Positions 1 to 11,584 of a DNA stretch of 64,000 bases are shown piece after piece. A program made the position numbers and the translations under genes. The notes under the pieces were generated by a model, which saw only the letters and a program-made list of their open reading frames with translations, did not search any database and was not told where the DNA came from. This DNA is from Convolutriloba macropyga (Eukaryota): NCBI RefSeq assembly GCF_964194025.1, contig NC_134472.1, positions 67,456,001-67,520,000 of the forward strand. The letters are read 5' to 3'. Each line of letters begins with the position of its first letter. The stretch's first letter is position 1.

Positions 1-882
1 GATTTGTCTAATAAATTACAACGTAAAGAATTATTTATTGAACAAGTGTAAACGGGACTCAAAACAAAAATAGATGCTCATCCCTGCCTTGGAGGAGAAC
101 AAGACAACAAGTCTGAGAAACAGTCAGCATCATCCCACAATGGTTCCGGTTTGTTCCAGGAACAGGTCAGAGATTTCAAAAAAATGATTTCACGATTTTG
201 CTGGAGAATTGTGTTTTGGGTAATAGCATAATAGCAAAACTGTATGACGATGCAAGTATTCCACTGGACGTTGCAATTCATGTCTACCGGGGTTCCTTGA
301 CGCTTGAAAAACTAAAAGTTGTTGACAAGTATGAATAAAAAAAACCTGAAAACCCTACATTTGCAGGATGGGACTAATAGCGTTTCAAAATCTTCCTAAA
401 ATGGTAAATATTTGTTTGCTGACTATCAAAATCTGGTTGATAAATGCATGGAAAAATTTGATCCCGATTCAATGGTGCTGTGTTAAATTCCTCCCTTTAG
501 GGAGATACCTATAAACAGTGATAAAATTGAAAAAAATTGCAATTTTCAATGATTTGCTAAATAGTACTTATGGGAATGTTGATAATGCAATTGTAGTGCT
601 TAAGCTATTATTCGAAGTGTTCCAACCTACACTCCACGCATCACACATTTCAACCAACTGTACCATGACAATGTGCATTTAAATTATAAGTTGGGAATAC
701 CATTCTTGAAAAACATACTGCTAGGATACCTATTAAAAACCTCAAATGGGGTTTTTGAACTCAGTAAAGTAACATCTAACGCTTCTTATAAAATGCAGAA
801 TAAGTTCTCTAATTATCAGCAACACTACTTTTCACAGCCTCCAAGCAACAACCAATCATTTAATCGTTATCATCCATATTAA
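1..882 (+). pseudogene. LINE ORF1 remnant, possibly SGNH/esterase-like
   Basis: Fragments read ...LVDKCMEKF...VLC*IPP... and YHDNVHLN (D-x-x-H), followed by a Q/N-rich tail. It sits directly before ORF2. Some CR1/L2 ORF1 proteins carry an SGNH domain. Confidence 0.5.
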
Positions 883-1088
883 TTGTTGTCAAACCTTGAC
901 ATTTAGATGAAATAAATGGAAACATTTTGATAGTTTGTTTGATTCATTGGGCACGAGCAATTTGACATCAATAACTGAGTACAATGTTGAAAGCTGTAAT
1001 TCTGATAAATTTATGTTATTATTTTTTGACGAGGCAAACAGTGGTTTTAACCTTTCGCACGCCACTGAGCCTCGCTTACAATTCTAAA

Positions 1089-4000
1089 ATGAAAAAACTT
1101 AATTTGTGTTCGATAAAAATTGACCTCCTGAAAATTTTCGGCTTCGTATGTTTTTTCTCATCTGGGCTCTTTTTCCTTCTATATGTTCATTTACTTATGT
1201 TTATGTTAATTCACGGGGATATTGAAAAAACCCGGAGCCTTTGGAAACCTTAAGCAGAATAAACACAAAATGTAAGAAAATGGCCCATGCAAATTCTGCA
1301 AGCTAACTGTCAAAGTATCCAGAAAAAACATCTACAGGTAAAAAGTTTACTCAATGACATTGGTCCAGTTTGTATTTATGGTTTAACATAAACCTGGTTG
1401 ACCAGTACTGATAGTAATAGTTTTTATAACCCTAATCCCTATCAGTTTGATATCCACAGATGTGATCGACAGAATAAAAAAGGAGGAGGATTGTTATTAT
1501 TAGTACCAAAATTTTGCAATTCGAAATTCAGGAATGACCTTAACAACATGTCCAAAACTTTTTAAAGTCTATGGGTTGAATGCAAATTATCCTCTCACAA
1601 AAGTATCTTGATTATAGTTTTTGTTCATAGTTTTTGGATGAATTGGCTTTATGCATTGAAAAGTCTCCCACTGAAAATAAATCAATATGCCTAATAGGAG
1701 ATTACAACATTAATTACTTGAACAACAAAGAAAAACAAAAACTAGATACAATCATTCTACCTTACGACTTGCACTTGATGAATTCAGGAACTGCAACCAG
1801 GCACCAGAACGGTAGCTGCAGTTTATTAGATTATATCATAACTGATAATGGGTTGAGAGGGAAATACTATTAGATATTCGACTCTCCTACCAAAAGCGAT
1901 CATCTAGCGCAAATTCTGTTCACTGATTTCACGCTGGCTTATTCAAAAACAAAAACCACTCAGGGAATGTATATTTGATAAGCGTAATTACGATTCCCGT
2001 AAATTCAGATTTTTTCTAAATTACATTAACTGGAGCCTCATCTATGAATCTGATGATATCGAAGAAATGTTCTCACGTTTTGAAAGTCTGATTGCAAATG
2101 TAATCAAATTACATGCACCCATCAGAAAATTTTTCATACGAAACCACAAACCTAATTTTTAGCTTGCAGATAAGCTTGTCTCAAACACAACAAAATGCCT
2201 CAATAAGAAGAGGAACGAATTTCTACTATCAGAAAATATTTATAATTTGCTAAAACTAAAAGATCTGACGAGTAAAGGGTATCTGAAAGATTATGAACGC
2301 TTCCAAACACAATTGATTGAGTCTGCTAACAGCTCCAGGAAACAATGGAATCTGATTAACAAAGTCAGAAATAAATCTAGAACTGGAACTAAAATTCTCT
2401 CTTTAAAAAACTGCTTCGAGTTTGTAATAGCTGACAGCAAAAAGATAGCGAATTTGCTGAACTACAAATTTAGTAAACTTGATAAATATCTTTTGAATAA
2501 ACCAACCATTAAACAAGACTTTCAGCAGGTCAACCCTAATATGTTCTTGTTTCGTTTCTTTACCACATTTGAGTGTCGTAAAGCTCTCAACAACCTCAAT
2601 AAAAACAAACCATTGGGCCCTTAGACTATTACGGCTTGGGCATTATAAGATGTTGCTCATATTTTAGCCGAGCCGATATGTTCTCTTTTTAACGGATTTC
2701 TTAAACAAAACAAATTTCCTTCTCTACTGATGTTGGCAGATATTACACCTATCCACAAAAAAAGGAGACACTGAAAATCCGCTGAAATATAGGCCTATTT
2801 CTATAACGCCTGCTTTGTCACAAGTTCTTGATATATTAATCAAAGATCAAATAGAGGAACACCTATCAAAATACAACCTCCTATCGAAAACACAGTTTGG
2901 ACTCAGAAATTTTTTTTCAACAATTGATGCTCTTGTTTATCTGCAGAAACTGTAAGACAGAAACTTGATGAAAAAAAGTAGTCACTGCAGCGTTTTTAGA
3001 TTTGTCAAAGCTTTTGATTCAATTGACCACTCGCTTTTACTAGAAAAACTTAAACACCTTGGTTTCTCCTCTTCGGCTATCCTTTTCATTAAGAGATACC
3101 TCAGTAACCGACATCAACGAGTAGTGATACTAGAAGTTGAATCTGACTGGCTGGAGGTCAGGCAAGGAGTTCCACAGGGCACAGTTTTAGGACCACTCTT
3201 TTTCAATCTATATGTAAATGATCTACCAAATTTCATCAACTGCACTTTAATCCATTACGCTGACGATGCAGTTGTCTATACTTTTGGCAAAAAATTACTG
3301 ATTGCAACCCTTATTTAGAGAAATCAATTTCTTCTATTGTTGACTACTTTTCATACCATTCTTTAAAACTGAATTCAGAGAAAACTGTGTCCATTGTCTC
3401 TGGCACTTCATCCGCAGCAGAGTCTATTAAAGTTGACAACCATATAATAAAAGAAGTTGAAAATGTGAAATATCTCGGAGTAATTTTGGACAAAAAATTT
3501 TTGTACCAACAACAAGTTAAACAAATACTCAGCAAGATGGCGCAAGGAATAAAAACACTGTATGTCCTGAGAAACGTAGTACCATACCATTTGCGCGAAA
3601 TCCTAATTAGTCATCTTGCAATTAGCCATCTCCAGTACTCAGCTGTTTTGCTTTCGTCTATTTGAAAAAATCTTCTGATAACCTTAGAAAAGCAACTCAA
3701 TTGGGCAGTTAAAGCTTGTTATTTTCAACGATTTAACAATTCATCACTTAGTATCAAACTAGATAATTATATACTGCCATTTAAACAATTGCTTGAATAC
3801 TGAACAGCACTGTATGTCAATCAACTCTTGACATTTAAGAAGCCTGCCTTCCGGAGAATAACAGGACTTAGCTTACCAACTTATAGGAGTTACAGACATT
3901 CAAGAACGAAAACTATTTTGCTTGAAGAGAGGTCAAAAACATCATGGCTGGACAAACGTATCATCCGAAGAGGCTTATCATTTAATAATTGTCTTGAAAA

Positions 4001-4125
4001 AAAAGTTAAAAGGTAATGAGTCAAACAGGCGGCTAAAAAAAATTTTTCAAAAACTACTTTTTCCAACAATTTCAGAAGTACCCAATGGGAAACATTGTCG
4101 GCAATGTTTCTTGGAAAGCTTTTGA
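1089..4125 (+). pseudogene. LINE ORF2 (degenerate 2A-like peptide, APE, reverse transcriptase), disrupted
   Basis: ORF fragments 984-1253, 1634-1873, 2247-2624, 2965-3318, 3387-3665 and 3828-4125 give ORF2 motifs in the expected order. Confidence 0.9.
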
Positions 4126-7100
4126 ATTTAACTAACGCTTTATTTTTGAGTTTGTATTCTCACATGGGAGCTTAGAATTTGTTTCTTCTGCCATTTGTGT
4201 TATTTTTAGGCTCCTTGACCTATTCATACTCATTTGGAAATTCAGTGTTTTTTTAAGTATTCGGAAAAACAACTTTTCAAAAAATCACCGTTATCATTTT
4301 CTGAATTAATGCAAAGTTGGCTCAATTTTACCGGGAAAATTTCATCCACTTTTAAAACGAACCGCAAAGGAAAGTTCCACTACAAACAAGTTGTTTCGAA
4401 ATCGCATGGAAGTTACAAATATTTTTTGCGCATCGGCACTAAAAATCTCCATATAACAGTCCAGTATTTAGCTGAAAAAATTACTTTTAAAAATGAATTT
4501 TCAGTCTATCGTGTTCACCAATGTTTTCCTTTTTCAGATGAATCAACTGTTGTCCAATAATGGTGAAAATAGGTCTGATAGGTAGTAGACTGAATTTGAA
4601 ATTAATATATTGAATCCCGTAAAAGTAAATTTTATCAAAATCTCTACTACATTATAAATAATGATTTCGTTATGATACCTAAAACATGCCCCATATAATT
4701 ACCTCCAAGTTCTTATTTATCTTGAGTTTTCAATAAGTAGAGAAGCTTCATATAAAAAAGAAGCTAAAAAGAAACGACAATGAAAGCGGGACAAACTGTT
4801 TGTGTTTATCCACAATAATATCGTCAGAAATTGAAGACTTAGCAAATTTAAAAAATACCACTGGCTTTTGGTTGTCATAATTCAAATAACACATCAATGA
4901 AAAATGAGGAGAAACATCAATCTGCTGGACATAAAAAATTCCGAGTTTGGAATGGTACGAGCAAACTATCAAAGCTTTTAGGGCTCATTCAAATTTTGAA
5001 CAAAATGGTTTTGATTGCGAGATTGATGTTGCCTAAACCAAAAAAAATTAGTTAGTCTTCACCAAATACACGCATATGATAACATAGCATTCAGTCTCTC
5101 ATATTGTCACAGGAAATTTGACATCAATTGCCAAAAAGCTGATCGAATTGCGTCAAATTAACTTTAGAAGTATGAAAGGGTTGTTTGATTTACTCTAGGT
5201 TGCCTGTCGACAAAAAAGTTTAAAATTCGAAAAAAAATACTACATTATAATGGAGCCTAGAGAAAGCATATTGTGTTAAATTCATTTGGGTTAAAATAAA
5301 AAGATTGAAGAACAATTTGCCCGCATAACAAAGAAGATCTTTCTTCTCAAAAAAAGTCACTCAACAAAAAAACTTTAGTTGTTGCGTTTAGTGCAGCATT
5401 TCTGCCAAAATATTTTGGTTTGAATTGGGGTACGAGCGCTTCACATATATTCTGATAACATTATTGGCCAAAAAGGTGAAACAAATTTCTCCAAGAGACG
5501 CAAAACGAAAATCTCGCCAAACTAGCCGACAGTCTATCTCGAAAAAAATGACAAATTATTTTTATCATAGCAAAATGATCGCACAAATAATAAGGTACTC
5601 AAAAAGACAATCCTAGACCTCCGGGAAACGGAAAGAGAATTTATTTTGACGTCTTTTCGACGCAAACTCTGAATAACAGCTGTCGCTAATAGTCCTAAGT
5701 TTTGAGCACATACTTATTTATTTTGTCTTGCTCCAAATGAGTATGAAGTAACCAGCCGAAACAAGGTACTGGACTAATAAGAACCTCCAAAAGAGAAAAT
5801 CGATATTTATTTAACTGTTTTGTAGTAAAATTTTTTCAGTTTTAGAACTTATACCAATTTGATTAAGCAAATGTTTTCATCAATATACGAAAGACATGTT
5901 AACTGAAATCAACTTTAAAAGTTAGAAAAAAACAAAGAAGGTTAAAAAAATTAAGGAAGCAGAGTACTTTCCATACACTTATTATTTTGCTTAATTTTGA
6001 AAAAGTTCAACAGATTCAAAAAAATAACATCCTTGGTTACTGATGGCTATAATCAAACCAAATAAATGCTCTGCTTTTACTTCGATAAAAACGCTTAACT
6101 GAGAAAAATAAAAAAAAGTAACAAAAATGGTCAAATTCGGACAATTTTATAATCCTGAAGTTTTAATTGTTAACAATTGCGTTTGATTCTTTCGAAAGAA
6201 AGACTGCAGCATTACATATCCAATTTTTACTTTGTCCGATGCAATTTTTAATTTGTCTAACTGCAAATTGAAAAACTCTCAATCCAATTTTTATTTTCTC
6301 AGTTTAAAAATGAAATGAGAGCCTAGGAAAAAACTTCAATGGCTTTGGAAATTGTTGACGTCAAAATTGCTAAAGCTATGAAAAGTTTAAAAAAAAACTA
6401 CAGAAAAGCTACCCTCTAAAAATTATTACTTTTTACTGCGTTTCGTTTTTCACAAAGTTCGTTTTTTTAGTACGTCCCAACTCACCAAAAAAGGTTAGAA
6501 TAGCAACAAAACGACAGAGTTTGACCAGATAGTTGATATCAACCTTTTCTCTTCGCAGCGTTATTGAGGCTTCATTTTTGAGAAAACCAGAACCAATAAG
6601 AACGTTTTGGGAAATGTTTGACTTGATCATACCTGTTTCTACTCTAACACTTGTAGCTTTCATGTTTCCAAAATAGTAGAAAAACATTAGCTTCTCTTTT
6701 TTCTCGCTTCAAGCTTTTATGTGATAGGAAGATTTTTTCCTTTATCCAAGCGTAGACTTGTCTTTTTCTGGAAATTTGAAAATTCCAATCGAAAAAGATC
6801 ACTTTTTGAGAATACTTGAGATATTTTTGTGCATTTTTTCGGATAATTCTTGGAATCTTTCGTTTTCGAGCAAATAAAAAATCAATGTGGTCTATTGAAT
6901 TCTCATTTTAAAGCATTGTTGTCTGCGCTAGCTGAAGGAATTTTTGTATTATAAAAGCACATAAAAAATCAGGAGACAATCACTTGGCTAATTTTTTTCT
7001 CGTCGCCTTTTTTTTGTATTTTGTAGTTTTGAGAATCAACTGAAGCTCCGTTGCTTATTCAAAAGTTTGACAGCATTTCTGTCCGAAAACAGGTTTTTCA

Positions 7101-7910
7101 ATTAAAAATATCGAAATTTACAAATATTTTCAAACAGTTTCATTGTAAAACTTATGTTTACATGTTTTTTTTAAATTCTGAAAGGATTTAAAATATTAAA
7201 TTTTTAATGGTGAGCTGCAAACACTAATTTTGGCCCCATTGTATTAATAGTGCGTCCTAACATTGCAGATTATTATGGTAAACTTTAGTTCCGTTTTTTC
7301 CCTCCTATCAGAACATCTTTTCTTTTTTAAATCAACTTCTCTTCCAGCAAGCAGTCTTTTGTTGAAAACAGCTGCATCCGGCAAAAAGGTTCTGTTTCAC
7401 TGATTTTTTGGGTTGATACACAACGTTGAATGATTTTTTGGTCTCACAGAATAAAAAAAATCTTTTTTTTTGGAATAGTAAATAGTGGGCTTTTAAACGA
7501 TTTTTTATTTGTAGTAAGAAAACAATCCAAAAAATTTTTAAAATATTTTAAATTTTGCGCGTGAGTGATTTTGAGTATTGTATTGTTTTGTTGCAAGCAT
7601 ATTTAACAGCATGGTTTTAATTTTATTTTATTCGTCGCCAAAAAAATTGAATATTTGAACGGGATGAGAAGAAATCTCTCTTTTATCAGTTAAACATTGT
7701 CTCTTTTGTATAGCGCGTTTACTCGTATTCAGTTTTTCAAATTTGCGCAATACCATCAATGTTCATTTTGCCATTTTCAATCAACTTCTGTCACTAATTT
7801 TACTCAGTGCTATGTTTTAAATGCTTTCTGAATTGTCAAATGTTGGTTACATTTGCTTTAATTTAGCTGAATCAGCAACTGTCGGCATCAAACTGGGCTA
7901 AAACTGTCTC

Positions 7911-8512
7911 CCTTAAATTTACCTGAAAATTACCTGAAAAATTATGGTGGTACCAACTGAACTTTTACCTGAACATACCTTAAATTTACCTAAAAAACAC
8001 ACCTGAACAGTTAAGGTTACCTTAAAAAATTGCAGAAATAACCTTAAAATTTAAGGTAAAAATACCTTAAAAATACTTGAACATCACCCTAAAAATACCT
8101 TAACTTTAACCTGAACTTTTCAGGTAAATAATTTTATTCAAGGTAAATTTAACTTAAAAATTAAGGTAAAAAATTAAGGTCCTCGACCATAAAATTAAAG
8201 GCTTTTTACCCCTTTCATCAATCTCAATTTTACCCCTAGTACTTTCATCAATCTCAATAAAGAATTTTCAATCGGTCACAGTAGAGAGACGCTCCAAAGT
8301 TAATTTCAAAATAACCGAAAAAGGGAAGCCACAATTATTTTGCTTAAAGAGTTCAAATAAAACGGTCCTGTGATCTTTGTGCTACTGATCAACATAAATA
8401 CCTTTTGGCAACGATAGCTTAAGGTAAGTTCAGGTAAAGCAAAACTAACTGAACGCTTCAGGTAATTTAAGGTGTTTTTTCATGTAAATTTACCTGAATT
8501 TTTTTTACTGTG
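7911..8512. repeat. Foldback/MITE-like remnant built from ACCT(G/T)AA subrepeats
   Basis: Many ACCTGAA/ACCTTAA units on the left and their complements (TTCAGGT/TTAAGGT) towards the right. Ends in TTTTTTTTACTGTG. The matching left terminus was not seen. Confidence 0.6.
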
Positions 8513-8706
8513 CTGTAAAAGTCCAGCAAAATTATTTTCATATACAACAAGGATTCAAACTAAAAAGTCCCGGGTTCGATTAAACCCCCGAGTTCAATCT
8601 TGTGACCTTCTTCAACTGTACTCAATGGTTAACCAATTGCACCGCATGTCCTTAAATTTAAAGAAATTTAAAAACAAGACATTGCTACGGTTGCGAGTGT
8701 AATTTC

Positions 8707-8855
8707 AGGATATGTTTTCTTGTCCAGTTAAACTTCAGGACACGTTTCATGATCCAGCCAAATTCTAGAACTCATTTTATTGTCTAGGCAAACTCGAGGG
8801 CGGTTGTTTTGGTTCCAGCCAAAGTTGAGGGCATCCCTTTACGTCCAGATAAATT
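8707..8855. repeat. Degenerate ~30-bp minisatellite (about 5 units)
   Basis: Recurring agga/aggg...tccagccaaa-like units about every 30 bp. Confidence 0.55.
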
Positions 8856-10329
8856 ATTAATTCCAAAAATCTATCCAGGACGATCTTTTAATGGCCTTTA
8901 ACGGTCAATGACGGTCTTTTAATAATTCCAGGTCTAGACTAGGGTATCCTCTGAAAACCACATAAATTAGGAGTTACAATAAACTTAGAAGAAAACTAAT
9001 TTGGGATCTTTTTTCCTCATATTTTGATGTGCTATTGTCTTGGACCACATTTTTCGGTCGTTGTCTCTCAGAAACACAGACATCACTGTCTTAACAAAAT
9101 TGTCTGGAATTATGACAGAGTCACTCCCAAGTAGCCATTAAGACTATATGAATAAGTAGAAACAATCTTTTTAAATGAGAAACAATCTTAAACAAGATAT
9201 TTTTCCTCTATGTGTTGGGAAATGTTGCACAATTGTACCGGAAAAAAAGAATAATATTAGCAAAGGCTATAAACCAAATAATCGTTATTATGTTTGAAAA
9301 TGACAAAATATAAAAGTTTTTTTCAGAGAAAAAAAAGAAACGTACTTCTGTAAGCACACCATTTTTTTCCAAACTATTTTTGTCAAAGAATATTCTGCCG
9401 TTGAAAATAGGTGTAGCTTAGCATAAAAGTTTCTGTATTTGCTGAACAGGGTTTTTTATTAATTTTTTAGGAAATGACAAGTGATAATTTGTCTTCTCGC
9501 AGGTGCCCCGTTTTCTGGAGTAATTTTTTTCTACCTTTGATATGCATAAAACTCTTGGTTTAATTATTTCTATTAAGCTGAAATTACTGAATCCGGCCAA
9601 TAATTGTTTTAAAAATATCGCCTTTAATCAATTTTCATCTCAATCTGTAGATGCTGATTCTTAAAATTGTTTGTTTTCAAAACCAAAAAATTTCTATAGA
9701 AACCTACGTTTCAAACAATTATTGTAGTCTTATGGAAAAAATGTTCATTTCTAATAAAAATTTTCAGCCACTTTTTCAACCTGATCAAATTATCGGAAGA
9801 TCTGACCATTGTCTGTACCTATTCATTTCTGGGTCAATGTTTTGCAGGACTGCCGAATTTGGGTTCAATTTGATGATCGTTGTTCACCTGTCATGTTCAA
9901 TGCAATTTTTATCAAGCTTTGAGCTGAGTGAATAAAATGAACTCAGTCAAAAACCATTACGGTACAAAACATTCGGCAGAAATGGACTGCAAACGAGCAC
10001 TAAAAATGTAAGCAATCAATATTTCATAATTATGGTAAGAAAGAAGTTTTGAACTCCTTGCGGTTTACCGGTGAGAATTTTTCACGGAGTTTTTTAAATG
10101 GGCAGATAAATGAACTGTAATTTGCTGGGATCTATATACCATATGAATTCTCTAGTCTGCATTAGTTAATTGGGAAAATAAAGGAGAACGTATCTCAAGG
10201 TTCATTTTTGGTATATTTGAATTTTTGCTTCAGTTCAAAAAATAGAAGAATGAGTTAAGTGTAGCCTGTTTGAAAATTGAATTTCAAGGCTAAAATAACA
10301 TAAACAGATAGCAACAGAATATTGTTTCT

Positions 10330-10495
10330 GTCATCAACAGCGTCCTAACACACACTCCTACCAAAACTCTTTGACTCTGCCATCGCTGGCAACAGTAGGT
10401 GGCAGGAGTAGGTGTCTCCTCCACAGTTTACTGAAGCATAGACATGTGTTAGCTTCATCACATGTGCACCGACGGACTCATTCTCATTAGCTGCC
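10330..10495. repeat. Left remnant of the degenerate ~102-bp array interrupted by the Polinton
   Basis: gacatgtgttagcttcatca...ctcattagctgcc matches the units at 32895-33066 and 36430-37100, and continues at 32684 once the Polinton is removed. Confidence 0.6.
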
Positions 10496-10621
10496 AGTAG
10501 TATATAATACCTACGTAAAGAAAGGGGGGGTTATCATTCGACTCTTAACCATAGGATAATAGGTAGTGGCGGTTAAGTGGGAATAGGATAGGCGGGATAA
10601 AATCTTTCCGCCGCTGTTTAT
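10496..10621 (+). repeat. Polinton left terminal inverted repeat
   Basis: Reverse complement of 32552-32677 apart from G7 vs G6, one substitution and one 1-bp indel. Confidence 0.97.
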
Positions 10622-10785
10622 ATCCCTCTGCTATTCAATCTTTCCCTTTTGAGTCTTGCCGCTTTTGTTTCCCTTTAACTTTGCTTTCTGTCTCGCCGCT
10701 TGCTTTTGATTTCAAAACACTCAAACAAATTAAATTAAAACCAAATTTCACACTGCATGCAAAATCAATACTGGTTCAGTTTTGC

Positions 10786-10786
<1 letters not shown>

Positions 10787-10825
<39 letters not shown>
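10787..10825. repeat. (TC)n microsatellite just downstream of the pPolB stop
   Basis: About 19 uninterrupted TC units. Confidence 0.98.
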
Positions 10826-10827
<2 letters not shown>

Positions 10828-10853
10828 GCAATTAAATTTAATTATGCACACTA

Positions 10854-11446
10854 TTATCGCCTTGCAGTTTTGCACACTGGGCCCTCTGACTCGCTTTCAC
10901 TTGCTTCTTCTGCCTCAAAATTAATGAACGGATTATCGGGCGTAGAGTTTTCTTCAAAACTGGCATCGAAATCAACGATATCGCTACTTTCAATATCCGA
11001 ATCATTTATATTCTGAGCAGCGACAAAACCGGGGTCTGGTGGTTGCCATGTGTTGGAGCTTTGGGTGGTATCTGGAGAGGAATGTGGTACAACAAAACTG
11101 TTATCCCACTCTGGGCGAGAGCTCAAAAGTAAGTCGCTAAAATCGTCATAATCCCATTCCACATCGTCGTTATTCCAATTAATTTCATCGATAGCATAAT
11201 CGACAATTTCATAATGGCCAAACGGGAGGGTTTTTATGCCATCGGATAGTATATAGCGCTTGTTGTCAAAAGCTGACAGACAAATTTTGTTTGTAGTAAC
11301 TGTCTGCAGCCTGTGGTGGTCGGAAACAATCCTGGTGTTCTCTGAGCGCAGGTGGTTTCCAGTGCTGAGAGTGTTTAAGAAGTCGAAGTGGCGAAGATGT
11401 TGTTGTGCGGCCCTCGTCACCCCTTTTGCTGAAAGTTTTCGACAAC
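10854..11446 (-). CDS. pPolB C-terminal exon (thumb region plus acidic tail)
   Basis: Reads CRKLSAKGVTRAA...NKICLSAFDNKRYILSDGIKTLPFGH, the typical Polinton pPolB C-terminus. Preceded by a branch point, polypyrimidine tract and AG. Confidence 0.88.
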
Positions 11447-11584
11447 CTAAAAGAAGGAAAGAAATGAGAAAAATTAGGTGCTATTATAATTACTAACACC
11501 CTATGTAAATATAATACGATTGAACACCTTCCAGATGCCTATTAACCCAATACGAATTTTTATACAACAACTAACAATTTTGTT

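Larger units (their letters stand above)
1..4130 (+). mobile_element. Decayed non-LTR retrotransposon (CR1/L2-type LINE), 5' end runs off the window
   Basis: Broken ORF2 keeps AP-endonuclease motifs (TWL, RCDR..KKGGG, IGDYNIN, SLLDYII, SDH) and RT motifs (YRPISI, KAFDSIDH, GVPQGTVLGPLFFNLYVNDL, HYADD, KYLGVILD). Many stops and frameshifts. An ORF1 remnant lies upstream. The 3' boundary is approximate. Confidence 0.93.

Noticed and set aside
8565-8590. GGTTCGA B-box-like sequence
   Set aside because: No A box or cloverleaf; not a tRNA gene.
10681-11016. ORF with an SLSLSL run
   Set aside because: Translation of the (TC)n microsatellite, antisense to the pPolB tail.
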